Under the pieces are notes generated by a model. That model had not been told where the DNA came from. It saw nothing but the letters and a program-made list of their open reading frames with translations, and did not search any database. Of a stretch of 64,000 nucleotides of DNA, positions 37,644-49,830 are shown piece by piece. The stretch lies in assembly GCA_002633005.1 (NCBI GenBank), contig NMRA01000168.1, positions 65,129-129,128 on the forward strand, read 5' to 3'. Position numbers and translations under genes: made by a program. The stretch's first letter is position 1, and each line of letters opens with the position of its first letter. The stretch comes from Phoronis australis. Its lineage: Eukaryota > Animalia > Phoronida.

Positions 37644-40183
37644 GTGTTAGTAAACACTGGTAAAATTATTTCTCCTTTGTAACTCCAACTCACGAAAGAG
37701 AAAAACAGTGATTTGTAATGTAAAAACAGATACCAAGTGATTTAAAGTTACAATTAGTAATGTCCTTTTGATTTGTGATGGAAAAAGTAATCAATCACTT
37801 TTAAATAAGTTTCAGCAAACACTGTTAATGATAATTTTTTTTAAATTCTTAAACTAAATATTGTATTGCCCCGAGAAAATGGTCATTTGAAAACGAATTT
37901 AAACTAAAATTTTGTTTTTCCTTGGAGCGATAAAAAATAAGGGTCAATTGCTAAATATCTCGTTTTTAAAAGGAATAAAAATGTGACAAAATTAACGGGT
38001 GTAGCGAGGAATATCAGGTTCCAGCGCCAGAGGACTAATGGTGTGCCCCTCCCAGCAACAGCTGTGTGTCCTCGTGACCTCATGGGGCTCCTTTTGCTGA
38101 CGCCCAGGGGTAGCTGCCACTCGATTCTTATCCGGCATAAAAGTGCCAAAAATGGCGCCGCTTGTGAAGAATGGCAACAAAGCGATAGCCACAGGCGCTT
38201 GGGTTTATCGCAAATGACGTCACTCATAATATATAAGAAAACATAAAGGTTGGACATTCGAAATCTGTTTGCTTAGAATTTTCTACTCAAATGTGCATGG
38301 AACTCCACGAAACTAGCATCGGACAACTCTTACAATACCTTCTTTCATTTGATCTCTTCAAGGCAAAAAGTATCCACATGTCCAATAACTTTACCGCTAA
38401 CAGTTGGAGCTGCTCGCGCCAATTAGATCATGTGACTTGTTGTGAAGATAAACTACAAACTGGGGGTCTTTGTGGATGTGAAAGAATAAGAGACTAAAAA
38501 CGTTTTTGTTATTTTCATCGATGCAGTTCTGTCGGGAACTTGGCTGTGGAAAGTTTTTCGCTCGGACGGTGGTGCGGAAATTAATTCTGTTTACCACCCT
38601 AGCTAAAATGTTTTCAAGGTTAGAATTAAGCAGGCAGAGCTTTCAACCTATGCATATTGTTTGAAGCGACTATTGTTTCAGTAGGCCAAATGTCATAGCA
38701 TCGGGATCAAGCGCCTATGACACCAAACAAATTACTGGCGACTGAGCAGAAATACGTGTGTGTTAAAGATGAGCAGCTGTGACTTTCTAATAATATTCAC
38801 AAGATGTTACAAAGTCGCAAGCTAGCATCAGCGGGAAAGAGTAAAGTCTAAAGACTTAGCCGTTTTGTTTTCAAACTTGCATCATAATTATCTGAACAAA
38901 AATTGGTCAAATCCTGTACCTGGGATCGCATTTGCGAGTAAAGCGACACGTGACTTGTTATTGCGTGCCATGCCTCATGTTAGCGGTAAGGCCCTTGGTC
39001 GAGTGGGAACCTTTTGTGGTTTAATACTGCTTCAAATTGACTGCGATCCCATTCTCTTTATTCTCGCAATTTGCAAGTAAAAAGCAGTCTTGTCGGTCCC
39101 GTTGCCTTGAGTAGGCAAAACCATAGATATACATGTGTTGGCAAGGACATCGTCCACCAAGACTCCATAGAACTGAACATAAAGTTCGGCAAAAACAAGA
39201 CGCTGTGTTTCATATCCACTTTACTATATATATTACTCAATGTCATCATCAGGCGTATATAGAATACAGTCAGTGCACAGTTGCAATAACAAATGTATAT
39301 TCTTACTTAAAACTAACTCGCTGTGACAAACAAAATTGAAAGTTCACAAATTCTTGTTTTTACCACTTTAGGTGGGTTTTGTAGTGTTTGGAGTTAAAGG
39401 TGGAGAAGATTTGACCATTTTCCACAATGTTTTGATTTTTTCGACAAACGCGTTTGATCCACTAAATTAAACCTGCATTTCGTCCTGTTTAGCCGGCTGA
39501 AAAACAAATTAGGCCTCATAGTCCCATCATATTGCTTTCCCTGGATTCCCCCTTTGTTACCAACAAGAACGTTGAAACCACCTGTGACTCAAGAAAAAGC
39601 TTCGGAGTTTACTGGGGTTTGCCAACCCTAAAATTGTACGTTTAGCCTCTTACTTCAGTTACCGGCTCGTTCGATCAGATTAGCGTGGCAATGATTTTTA
39701 AACCTCGGAGCCCTTTACTTAGGGATTCAATGTTGTTAGCTTAACTGCGCAAAATGCCGCTTCAACTATTCTATGTTCGAGAATCGTCTTTTATGCCAGC
39801 GATTCGTATAATTAGCATGGTGGGTTGTAATGTTTACAGCGTAATTTATTTTGCCGTTTATAGCTCAAAACCAAAATTGTCTGACAATTTGTGCGATTGG
39901 GAGTGTATACCGGTGCTCGTGGAAGTAAAAATACTTGCAACAGTAACATGGGTTCCTAGTATTCTGCAAGTGCCTTTTTTGATTTCTGGTGCTGTCAAAG
40001 AAAATGGAATTGTATTTGCAAAAACAGAATTGCGGCACATGAGAAAAGAGTTGCAGCTCATTAGCAAAGAAACAGCAAAGAACGCTGTCAATGAGAACAC
40101 CCATATGGTCTATGAGGTGAGGAAGTTTGTCTACTTCGGATTTGTTTTGCCAATAAAACCGATTTTCATGTTTTTGTATGCAG

Positions 40184-40440
40184 GTCAGTGTACATTGGAA
40201 ACGCCAAGCATGGAAATTGACAGCTACATGCTCCAATCCGACGGCATTCGGATTTTTGCGCGGTTGACCTCTACGGCTTTTCAAGTTGTTAAAAATGTGA
40301 CGGGAGATGTGAAGATAATTGGCGAACCTCACAATTTCCATCCCAAACTGTTCTGTTTGGAGTTTTGTTCGCGCCTCGACTGTTGTGCGTTTGTAATTTA
40401 TTCACTCAACAAGGGTTGCACATGCCTGAGGAAGAACTGA
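40184..40440 (+). CDS. C-type lectin gene, putative terminal exon, PAN/apple-like Cys module
   Basis: tttttgtatgcag| phase-1 acceptor compatible with the donor at 35168. Encodes QCTLE...FCLEFCSRLDCCAFVIYSLNKGCTCLRKN*, with AATAAA downstream near 40716 and 40857. Confidence 0.7.
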
Positions 40441-41012
40441 GAAAATCGTAATCACTAAGGCCACTTTGTAATTAATGCTAAGAAGATACATTTGTAACCA
40501 AACCGCACTTTGTACTTAAAGTGACATTGTCGGAGAGAAGACAGCAGTAGCGCGGAATTGCACACACTAGGTCTGATCCCGTGTAGCAGCCAAATGCTCT
40601 AAGGCTGAAACAAACCTCTCATTATTGGGGTATTGTACGCGTCTTTAAATGGTGAAGATGACGGCCTTGATTTTAGCGAATGTCTGACCGACAACGGCGA
40701 GAATCGACGATTTGTAATAAAATCCCAATACAACGGATTCTTTTGTTTTATAGCTTACCCCAGCAAACAATGATCCCAAAATTGGGTTTTTCGGTTGTCA
40801 AACCGATAATGTCCCTCTGAGCATGTAGTGCATGATAGACTTCTCAGGTTTTAAGTAATAAATGTTTACACCACATATGCCTTTACATGCCGTGCAATAA
40901 TCTTGTCACGTGTCCGCGTAATAACCTAGAAGGTTGTTTTACTGTCACGTTAGACAACTATTATTAAAATCTCTTGGTCTATTTACACCGACCTCTTGTC
41001 TGTTTACACTGT

Positions 41013-41054
41013 CACGACATTTCGGTCGGTCTATTCTCCGACCATCGTCAGGTG
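41013..41054 (-). ncRNA. Minimal type-I hammerhead ribozyme motif (Penelope pLTR)
   Basis: CAC-CTGACGA-T-GGTCGG-AGAATAGA-CCGACC-GAAA-TGTC-GTG: perfect 6-bp stem II and a CAC/GTG stem I. Confidence 0.7.
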
Positions 41055-41089
41055 TTCTTGCTTCTTAGACGAACGAGCACGTGGTACAC

Positions 41090-41176
41090 TCATCAAGGCA
41101 GGTTTTGAACCCACGACTTCTGAAGCTACAGATAATTTGGGTCCAGCACCTCAACCACTATACCACGGAGTCATCC
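41090..41176 (-). ncRNA. tRNA-like Pol III module (A and B boxes) inside the Penelope 3' region
   Basis: Minus strand GGATGACTCCGTGGTATAGTGGTTGAGG...GTGGGTTCAAAACCTG. Not a functional cloverleaf. Confidence 0.6.
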
Positions 41177-41387
41177 ATTTATTTAAAGGGAGTTTTATTG
41201 TACTTAAACCTTCTTAAGTAGACTGAGCCAGGTGTCACTTGGTTGTTTGCTTAGCTGACTGAAGACATAGCCTTGTACTTTCATGTACATGGCTTCCTTG
41301 ATTTTCTCTTGGTCCAACCTGTTTCAATGTCAAGTATTCGAATGTTATTCCACTGGATATTGTTTCGTTCTTCTAAGAACGCAGGAA

Positions 41388-41429
41388 CACCTGACGATGG
41401 CCAGAGAATAGACCGACCGAAACGTCGTG
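41388..41429 (+). ncRNA. Second hammerhead motif (inverted pLTR copy)
   Basis: CAC-CTGACGA-T-GGCCAG-AGAATAGA-CCGACC-GAAA-CGTC-GTG. Core intact; stem II has two mismatches. Confidence 0.65.
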
Positions 41430-41792
41430 ACAGTGTAAATGGACAAGAGGTCGGTGTAAAAAGGCCAAGAGATTTTAACAATGGTTGTAACACGCCACAA
41501 CCTCAGAGCGGTTTTAGAAAGTCATGTCACGTGAGACGTTATTGGGTTAAAACTTAAAAAATGTTATGCAAACATGTTAAACTACAGGCGTTTTGTGTGG
41601 GTGAATGTTGTCAGCCTAGCTTGCTGTGCCGAGTAAGTATATTCACTCGGCCTTCGGTGTCCCGAAAATATTTACTTGGCACAGCAACCTCGTATGATAA
41701 TATTTATATAATGAATGTAATGGTTTTGCAATAAATCAAGGATCTTTTCTTTGCAGACGAACTATAACTGTACAAAGACTAATAAGTCTTAC

Positions 41793-41853
41793 CTATATAT
41801 ACATATAGACCTACATGTACATATACATGTACATATATACATATACACATATG

Positions 41854-41884
<31 letters not shown>

Positions 41885-41892
41885 NACACACA
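41793..41892. repeat. (TA)n/(CA)n microsatellite
   Basis: TATA/TACA run followed by (CA)n containing an N. Confidence 0.9.
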
Positions 41893-43959
41893 GCGCTATC
41901 ATCGGACTAGGTACGAACTAACTAGGAGTTTGATATGAAGCTTGACGGGGTGTAGAATAGTATTTGCCCAAACAATGGGATTTATGTCAGAGTGGCATAC
42001 ATCTCATTGTTTTGCTTGCATTTGTGAACATGTTTGGAACGAGAAAAAAGTCCACTACTTCTGCTGTAAATACACTTTTTTTCAAAATGACTACCGCCAA
42101 TAACACATGTTTCAAGTTGCTGCGTAGCAACTGAAAAATCTGATGGGATTTCAGACAGCCTTGAAGTTGCCCAGAATTCCAAAAATCTGGTTGAATGGCA
42201 GATCATTTGCTGACTTACACATTCTTTTTCTAGAAATTTCCCGTTTCTTCAAAGTTAACCACGCAGCAACGTGTGTGTAATGACGTCATAAGGGTTGCCA
42301 TGAGCCAGTGAGAGGCACCATTGGACTTGCCATGGAAAATGCCTTCAATGGCTGAGCTTAGGCATAATGGATAATACAACGAATTCGTGGATTCTTGTAT
42401 TCTATCTGCCTTACAGACATTGGTAAGGTGTAAGGTAGTAGATGTCTCTAGCATGTGAGGCTGCCACCAACGAAATACACGATTCCAGAACCCACAAAAT
42501 TTAGGAACTTTCTTTGCTTCGTGTCCCGGATTGGTCTACCCTGATCTACTCGTAATGTAGTGGGAGCGTAAGATGTTTCGCTCTCTTATATCTAGGATGA
42601 AGCACTCATGCAGCAGGTTGATAGTAACCAAGGGGTCGGACGTATGGACAATTAAGAAGACACACTTTATAGACAGTTGCAGGAACACTAGTCCTTCCCT
42701 CGGTCTGCATCCATGCCTTGTGTTTGAATACACGTTTTCCTCCTTTATGAATCAAAAACTATATGACAGGAGCTTGACCGCAAACCAATGTATTTTTAAC
42801 AAGAATGATACTCTTCGACGCATCGAAATTACTTGAATTAGTTTTGGAATTTTCAAATGTATTTTTTAATTCCTCATAGTGTTCTACTAACAAAACGGCA
42901 TTGAATGTCACGTATTTTTCACAAAACGTAAATTCATCAACTGTCATTTATTAACTGTTCCTGTTTATATGATGTCTCTCGATTGGTGGAACTCTCCCAC
43001 TGTTCTAAACTGGCGAGAATGAAGGTAACGTTAATTTTGAGGCACTAGTGTTGATTTGTAGCAAATATGAGGCGATCTCAAATCGTGAATTTTTAATCCA
43101 AATTGACTGCAATTTCTCGCATTTTACCCATAAGTCAGGACTTGTTGGAGCTAACCTTTTACTGTCTGTAAAACGTGTCCTGTCATTTGCCTACATTGGA
43201 GATCATTGTCATGAAATTTTCTCACTACTTTATAAATACTTGTTCCAAGACGTTATGTATTCCTGTACTTAAGAGATTTAACCCAATTTTATATGACACT
43301 GTCAAGACATGGAAAAGTATGAAATCTAGAAAATCACCCCCTGAATTGATGGAATTTGTTGATGCCCTTATACATTCAGTATAAATTCAAGCAAAGCTGG
43401 AATGTTTGAATGTGAGAGTGAATGTGTTTTTTCGTCGTTGTTTTTTTTTCTTTTCTGTTGTATTCAATAGTTAATTCCTGTTTCTGCAAATAAACATATT
43501 TACAGCAAAAATAAGTCAGGTTTTATATTTATCATGTTATCTGGTTTTCAAAATGGGTTTGTCCTGTAGGAAAGTTGCTCAGCACCATACACCGCCCCAG
43601 TCGGCCATGTCGCAGCCTGGGTAAATCGACAGTCCTGGTTATTTCGGCTGTCTATACGACTCGACTTCATAGCCCATGCGAGACCAATACGCCGAGAGGT
43701 ATTCTATCGTTAAAAATTTTACCTCCATGCCAGGGTTATTTCGCAAAAGGGTGTGCAAAGTTTCTTTTATTCTTTTTATATTTCTTAAGCCAGCAGTATT
43801 GCATTAGTCTTTTTTAGATCCGGTCAGATTATGTCCACATGTAACCGGATGCGGTATTTTCAGACGAGAAAATATGACATATTTTGTAATGCTGGCATCA
43901 GAACCAATACCAAGCGACCATTTCCTTTTTTGATAATTTCTCTCTCTCAATTATACCTT

Positions 43960-44320
43960 TGCCGAACTATTTTTTGAGTGGACTCGCGAAATGTTTTAGC
44001 ACGGGTAATTTCCAATTGATTTGAAAATTGCCAAATTTGTGCCTGTATACAAAAGAAATGACTTGGAAGATGAAAACCATATTGACTACATGCCTATCTT
44101 TCTACTTTCTGCCTTCTCAAAATCATTCGACAAAAATACTTATGACCAGCTTTATGACTACCTCACTAACTGCAAACAATCTCTTATATGAAGGTTTTCA
44201 GAATTTAAGATCCACAGAACTTGTCTCACTCAAACCAACTGACAAAATTAAGGGACATACGGACATCGGGATAAAGCGAGCAACCATCTTTTTGGAACTT
44301 TGCGAAATATCGTGCGCAAA
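43960..44320 (+). mobile_element. Degenerate CR1/L2-type LINE RT fragment (further pieces at about 45500-45650 and 46400-46700)
   Basis: Frameshifted DLKIAKFVPVYK, PAFSK, QLYDYL and TDKI motifs. Confidence 0.6.
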
Positions 44321-44607
44321 GCAAAAGAACCGAAACGTTACTACGTTACTTAGGCCTTCTACAGGCCCATTGTAACGGACTCTCTGTTTTAATTTCACTA
44401 CTCATACTCAGCAAGTCTGCCAGACTGCTTGAGGAATTTTGCAAGTGTTTTATTGTTTTCGTTTGCTATGACAGTTTTCACTGGCACTGCTTTACGTTCA
44501 AAGCATTCTTTTCAAATGCTTTGGTAAGTGAAACACCAATCGACATGGTGTTATGGTGTTTAATCTTCCATCCAGCATTTCGAGTAGCCGAATTATGTTG
44601 CTCGACC

Positions 44608-44763
44608 CAGGAGTGGATCCAGGATTTTTAGTTAGGGGGGCAGGGCAGAGTATTAGCCAGGATTTTTCCCGTTAGACATTAGCACCCCCGAATTGCCAAA
44701 TGGAATTTGGGAGAGTTTTAGGGGGGCCATGACTCCCTTGGCCACTCTCTAAATCCGCCACTG
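44608..44763 (+). mobile_element. MITE with 5-bp TSD (hAT5-like)
   Basis: CAGGAGTGGATCCAGG...AAATCCGCCACTG; flanks CGACC/CGATC. Inverted copy at 54148-54311. Confidence 0.75.
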
Positions 44764-44840
44764 CGATCTTTCGTTTTTTCATGTTTCTGCAGGTTACAGT
44801 GATTGTTATCACCTGTATTAGCATTTGCAGTTGAGACCTG

Positions 44841-45052
44841 GGTCCCATTCCAAGAAAACTGACTTAGATGAGACAATTCTTAAATTTCAGGCAATTTGAA
44901 TCTACCTCAAGTCCATTTCAAGAAAGAGACGTTCAGATTGACTTAAGTTCTTGTCTCAAGTTTTGTCTTAAGGATGTGGAAGTTAAGAAGTTTGGAAGTT
45001 GAGACGAATCTTAGACTTAAGTCAAGAATAAACTTAAGTTTCTTGGAACGGG
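44841..45052. mobile_element. MITE, second copy of the 18790 family
   Basis: GGTCCCATTCCAAGAAAACTGACTTAG...TTTCTTGGAACGGG. Confidence 0.6.
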
Positions 45053-45120
45053 ATAACCACCTCTTTTGTTCTTTGACAGTCACTTCTGCTAGTCCAAGAT
45101 GTTTTCCACAATTTTAATGA

Positions 45121-45324
45121 CTAATCCCTTATCCCTAAAACACAGTAGGCATAAAGGACAGAAAATATTGGTTCAGCTCTTTGAAATTCAAGATCTGAAT
45201 CAAGTCTGGCTAATCGATCAGCTGCGTAATTACCTTGGATGCCATTATGACCAGGGATCCAGGCAACTGTGGTACGGTTATATTTACCTAAATTATTTAA
45301 CTTGGTGATAACATTGCCGAACAT
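45121..45324 (-). mobile_element. RNase H fragment of a non-LTR retrotransposon (I/R1 group)
   Basis: VAWIPGHNGIQGNYAADRLAR matches the RNase H W-x-P-G-H-x-G-I-x-G-N-E-x-A-D-x-L-A motif. Confidence 0.75.
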
Positions 45325-47545
45325 GTTATTTCACACTGTCTTGCTACATAAAATTTCATTTTACGGTATAACTGGAGTCGGACATTTATTTTTTAAAAAT
45401 AATTTAACCAGTCGGCAGCAATATGTTCTACTTGACAATTAAGAATTCACAAAATCAGTCATCATCACAGGATCTATACTTTGCCCCCTCCATTTTCTTC
45501 GATCTAAACAAATTCACTTCTCTTGATACACTTGATGATGCTGGTCTTATACAATAATAAGCTATCAGACATACTCATATGTTTATCAATTAGCAAACTG
45601 CTGAATGCCAACAAAACTAAATCTACGGTATTCCACTGCCCTCAGCAAAATTAACTTAAAAATTCAGATTGTGTAGGACCTTATGGCCATGTCTGTGTAT
45701 TTCGCAAATAGTTACAAAGGTACAGATTTTAGCTCAGTAAAATTTGATACTTTCTGAAAGCAGAAGGCCAATAGCATTTCACAAATTAAAATTTGTGACG
45801 TGTTACCATTTTTCCATGAATTGGGTCGCGTGATCTTGTATTATCTATAAAATTTAGCAAAAAAGGCACATTCATAGCAAAACAACCGGGTATCAATAAC
45901 ATGACCAAATTTCGGTTGAAATAAATGTTCAACATGAAATCTCATAAACGCTGTTACAGTTTCTGGTTTATCCTTTCGTTTTTATTTTATAAAACTTTTA
46001 ATTTTTTCATAAAAATGAAATAATAAGTTTTATTTTTGTAGCCCCTCATTCATAAGTGGAACATTATAAAACAATTCCTAATAGAGTTCTGCTGAACATC
46101 TGAAAGTTTCTTACAAATCCGATCAGCCATTTCCGAAATATGATGTTCCAAAGTTGGACAAATATAGACATTTTTCAGGGTCTTACCTAACCTTAATACC
46201 TGCTATAAACAGTCAAAACCTAACTTTTACCAGGTGAATTTTTGGGAATAACTTTTGACAACTCTTTATCCTGGTCGGAACATATCAACTTAAATCTGAT
46301 GGGAACAAAAACTGCGCCATACCTGCCGCGTACTCAATAACTTGACCTCAAGAAACATCTGTCCCTTTCGCATTCACAACGATTTACTACTCTTGACCCA
46401 CACTCACTAAATTTTTAGCATCGCAATATCTGAGTAGAAATAAGCCAACTTACACTTTATTGCCTATGCAAATCCAATGTGCAAATTATTGTAAAAAATA
46501 CATCTGCTTGAAGACACGTAAAATATATTACAAGTTTTCAAACATCTAACTTCCACATCTCAGTTTCGAATTTTAGCAAATGAAATGAAAATTTCACACA
46601 ATCGAAACTACAAACCAATTAGAAGTTCTCAGATCTCTTAGGAAATTTATTACTTATCACAACTACAATCCTCTACTCAAGACTCTATTTTACAAATCAA
46701 TCACGGCAACTACGTCCAACGTGAATAACCATATATAAATTGTACTGATACACAGAAACAATACTCATTTTTACACACAAACACGCACACACATAAACAT
46801 ACATAAGCACATGTTCGCTCATTTTTGTAGTTATCGCACAGTACATTCTCATGTTTGTATTCGGAGCAGTTTCGGATTACATAGGGGTTTGTGAGGCCCT
46901 AAAGCCATCAGAAGTTCGAGAGATCACACCGACTAATCTGAAGTAATTAGTAAACCATGTAGGCTTACATAGTTCTGTTCTTGTAACTTGAATACCAAAT
47001 GGAGTAAACTAAACAATTTAAAAGTTGAAATAACCGTTATATTAATTTTTATACCGGAAAACCCGGGGTCATTCATATCAACAATACGATGCCCGCATGC
47101 GTATACCAAAATTACTGGTAGGCGGTACTTTTTCAGGAAGTTTTGCGGGACCCGCGCCGGGTCTAATAGGCCCCTAAATTCAGTTTCCATTTCGTCCCCC
47201 GGTCCGCCAAAGACCCACTGCATGAGTCTCACTTTGCCCCGCGAAAAGGAGTGAGGCAGAAAATCTACGTCCCTAAAGGGGGAATTAGTGTGATACAGCT
47301 ATCAATTTGCTCACGTGATTTTCCGAAATTCTGTTGAGGTTGCCGGATTTTACTGCGGAAAACTTCAAATTTTATCTTGTTGACTGTCTCCGCTTGGTTG
47401 TTTTTTCCTTGTCCTCCTTCGTTTCGCTGCAACTTTATTATTCACACCAGGTAATTTAGATTTAGCTCCCTCTTCACAGCAGAACAGTTTCTTATATTTC
47501 TATCAAACTCAAAAAGTGCCCTATATTAGTGCTCACGAGCGCTTT

Positions 47546-47618
47546 GGGTAAATCCCGAGTTATTTTAAGCATTCTTACGTCACTCGCAAGTCGGGATTTC
47601 CCAAGATCCGCCATATTT
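47546..47618 (+). promoter_or_regulatory. kB-like sites, CRE-like and YY1-like motifs upstream of the CARD ATG
   Basis: GGGTAAATCCC (47546-47556), TTACGTCA (47575-47582), GGGATTTCCC (47593-47602), CCGCCATATTT (47608-47618). A likely 5'UTR exon ends cag|gtaatt at 47450. Confidence 0.5.
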
Positions 47619-47634
47619 GACTGCAGTTGTGAAA

Positions 47635-47981
47635 ATGGAGCCGCGGCATAAAGATGCGTTAAGGCACAATTTGTCTTGTATTGTGGACGATATTAATCCC
47701 CTTGAACTTCTGGTTGACCTCACCATAATAAGTGCTAGTGTAAAACAGACCATTGAAGCCCAAAAACTGTTGAACGGTGACAGACGAGCGACATCAATGT
47801 TGGTCGACGAAATTCAAAGAAAAGGTCCTCGTGCCTTTCTCTGTTTCGTAGCTGCCTTGGAGAAACATCATCATTATCACGTAGTTGACCGTATTCTTGA
47901 TGAGCTGCCTGTAGTCGAATCGTCTGGTATTAGAGGTGAATTAGTAAAACGTTATGGACACAGGCGAAGTCACCCGCACAG
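47635..47981 (+). CDS. CARD/death-fold adaptor gene, coding exon 1 (CARD)
   Basis: aaaATGg context; MEPRHKDALRHNLSCIVDDI...LVDEIQRKGPRAFLCFVAALEKHHHYHVVDRI fits a caspase-2/9/RAIDD-type CARD. Donor cag|gtaatt, phase 2. Confidence 0.85.
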
Positions 47982-48593
47982 GTAATTTCGTGACAAGGCT
48001 GCTGAACTGAGCTAGCGAAGATGACTCGAAATCGCAACCTTGGCTGATTCAAAGGCTTTAGAGCTCAGCCTCAACCAGTTTCCACTCAACCTTTATTTTG
48101 TCGTTAAATGGCCAATGGTCACTTTTGATGGATTCTGATTTTGAGGACCAGGTTGTCATTGAATAATGCCTGTTCAAATGAAACTGATTTTGTGAACCAG
48201 TCTCAATTAATTCCTGTTATGCAGTAATTTGAAGGCCATTGTGAAGTATTTAGCTCGATGTGAAAAGGGAAATTACTGTAGGGTAAATGTGTAAACTTGA
48301 TTAAAAATTCGCATCTGTGTTCTTATCAGTGTGGTTAGAAATTAAAATGCTGTACTGACAACCAAAAGGTCCTGGGTAGTGCTCCATGAAAAATACATTC
48401 ATATGTGCACCATTAGTCCATGCTTTAACAGCTGCAGACAGCCGGAAAAATGACCGACGGAAATGCCTTGCCAATGTAGACAGCTAGGTCGAGGTTGACA
48501 TAAATTAGATCAATACATTTTAGAAATAATGTTTCTACATCACCACTTCAAAGTGGTTGTTGGAAGTCTGCAAAATTTATGTCTTTTTTTCAG

Positions 48594-48691
48594 CGATATG
48601 CCAGAGCCATCAGGACAGAACCTTCAAGAAAGGCAATCCATTGGATATAATGGTTCTAGAGACCACGGTGTACAAAAACCAGAGCATAATG
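48594..48691 (+). CDS. Adaptor gene, coding exon 2 (linker)
   Basis: tttttttcag|...|gtattc, phase 2/1. Encodes DMPEPSGQNLQERQSIGYNGSRDHGVQKPEHN. Confidence 0.72.
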
Positions 48692-48737
48692 GTATTCTGG
48701 ATCAATCAGTGTTTGTTGTTCCATTTCACTTGTAATA

Positions 48738-49558
48738 CAGAGTGTCCCAAAAATGTACTAACATTTCAGTTCAACGTCAAAGAGTTCAAATTCAACTCTA
48801 ATGAATCGGACTCTGCCTGGTGCGTGGTATCACCTTGGTGTGAATGTATGCACTCATGAGCGATCACGTCCTCTGTTTGTATGTGTTAGGCTCCTGTAAT
48901 TAGGCACCAAGACTCATTTCTGTTCTGTAGAGTTATGTCAGCTAGTGTTCTTTTCCGTGTTCAAGAGGTTTCTATTCTACACTTGCATGGCATATATATA
49001 GTTATGACATTCAACTTTGCAGCAGCGAACTTATTCCAGGTAAACTGTACATGACCACTAGCTGTGAGGAAACATTTAGCCTGTGGGAACAAAGAGGAAA
49101 GACTTTGCACGCATTTCAGCACTAGCCGATTTAGAGACAGACATGCAGTTGGCGATTTTTCGCTATTGTCTCACGGACGAGACTCTGAAGGTTGTTTTGC
49201 ACTTGCAAATACCTGACGTCAACCACAAAAACTGGTAGCCATCATGAAGGCTTTAAAGTTCACGTTAACTTATGCCAGCAGGGTGACGCTGAATCCTTCG
49301 ATGATTTTGTCACAAATCTCCAAGAGCTAATGAAAACATTCTGCTTCTGACCTGCATGTGAAGCCTTCTTACTTAGAGACAGAATTGTCACCAGTAGAAC
49401 GACGAGCTCGCAGTCGAATGGCAAACGACTCAGTTTTGGAAAACAAAAATTATTCATAAATGCTACTGAAAACTCAGTAGTTATTATTTTTTTCATTTTA
49501 CAAATGCCTTTTTATTAACAAAGTTGTGAGTGTCCACTTTTTCTGAAAGCATTGTCTA
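48738..49558. mobile_element. Possible decayed Tc1/mariner-like element
   Basis: TA|CAGAGTGTCCCAAAAA left end is mariner-like; the right end is poorly conserved. Confidence 0.35.
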
Positions 49559-49711
49559 GTGGCAGCTTAAGTGCAGGAGGTCTGATCCCCATTGCATCAG
49601 ACGTGCATAGTCCACTCGGCCGAGACAGTTGCACTAGAAACTTGAATCCATTTTCCATTTATTGATAGCAGTACAAAAATTACTCGTATAGACGTCAGAA
49701 CAAATTAAGAA

Positions 49712-49830
49712 GGAGTTGAGGAGCTAGGGACCTGACTCAAGGGTCTAGCAGTGGGGTCCAGTGAGATTCTAACATATGGCCTTGTGAATGAAAGGCCGAC
49801 ACTCAACCCAGTAGGTCACACTGCTTCCTC
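49712..49830 (-). mobile_element. tRNA-derived SINE (second copy)
   Basis: GAGGAGCT...CCTGACTC..GGGTCTAGCAGTG...GTGAGA..C shared with 5077-5193. Confidence 0.7.

Larger units (their letters stand above)
40954..41488 (-). mobile_element. 5'-truncated Penelope-like element with inverted pLTR, tRNA-like module and hammerhead motifs
   Basis: GIY-YIG C-terminus NNIQWNNIRILDIETGWTKR/KIKEAMYMK...SDTWLSLLKKV* (41365 to 41204); ~120-bp inverted repeats at 40954-41075 and 41364-41488. Confidence 0.85.

Noticed and set aside
39754-40183. 5' part of the 228-aa ORF as coding
   Set aside because: A polypyrimidine tract and CAG acceptor end at 40183; the upstream part is best read as intron that happens to be open.
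40520-40816. Degenerate TTAA-type MITE (AGTGACATTGTCGG / CCGATAATGTCCCT)
   Set aside because: 12/14 TIR match, but the right flank is CTGA rather than TTAA. Similar weak candidates near 23418-24252, 45677-46196 and 57939-58453 were also left uncalled.
41090-41176. Functional tRNA gene
   Set aside because: A and B boxes are present, but acceptor and anticodon stems do not pair; it is embedded in a retroelement.
47935-47936. Alternative donor g|gtgaat for the CARD exon
   Set aside because: The donor at 47981 is closer to consensus and gives the phase that keeps all later exons in frame.
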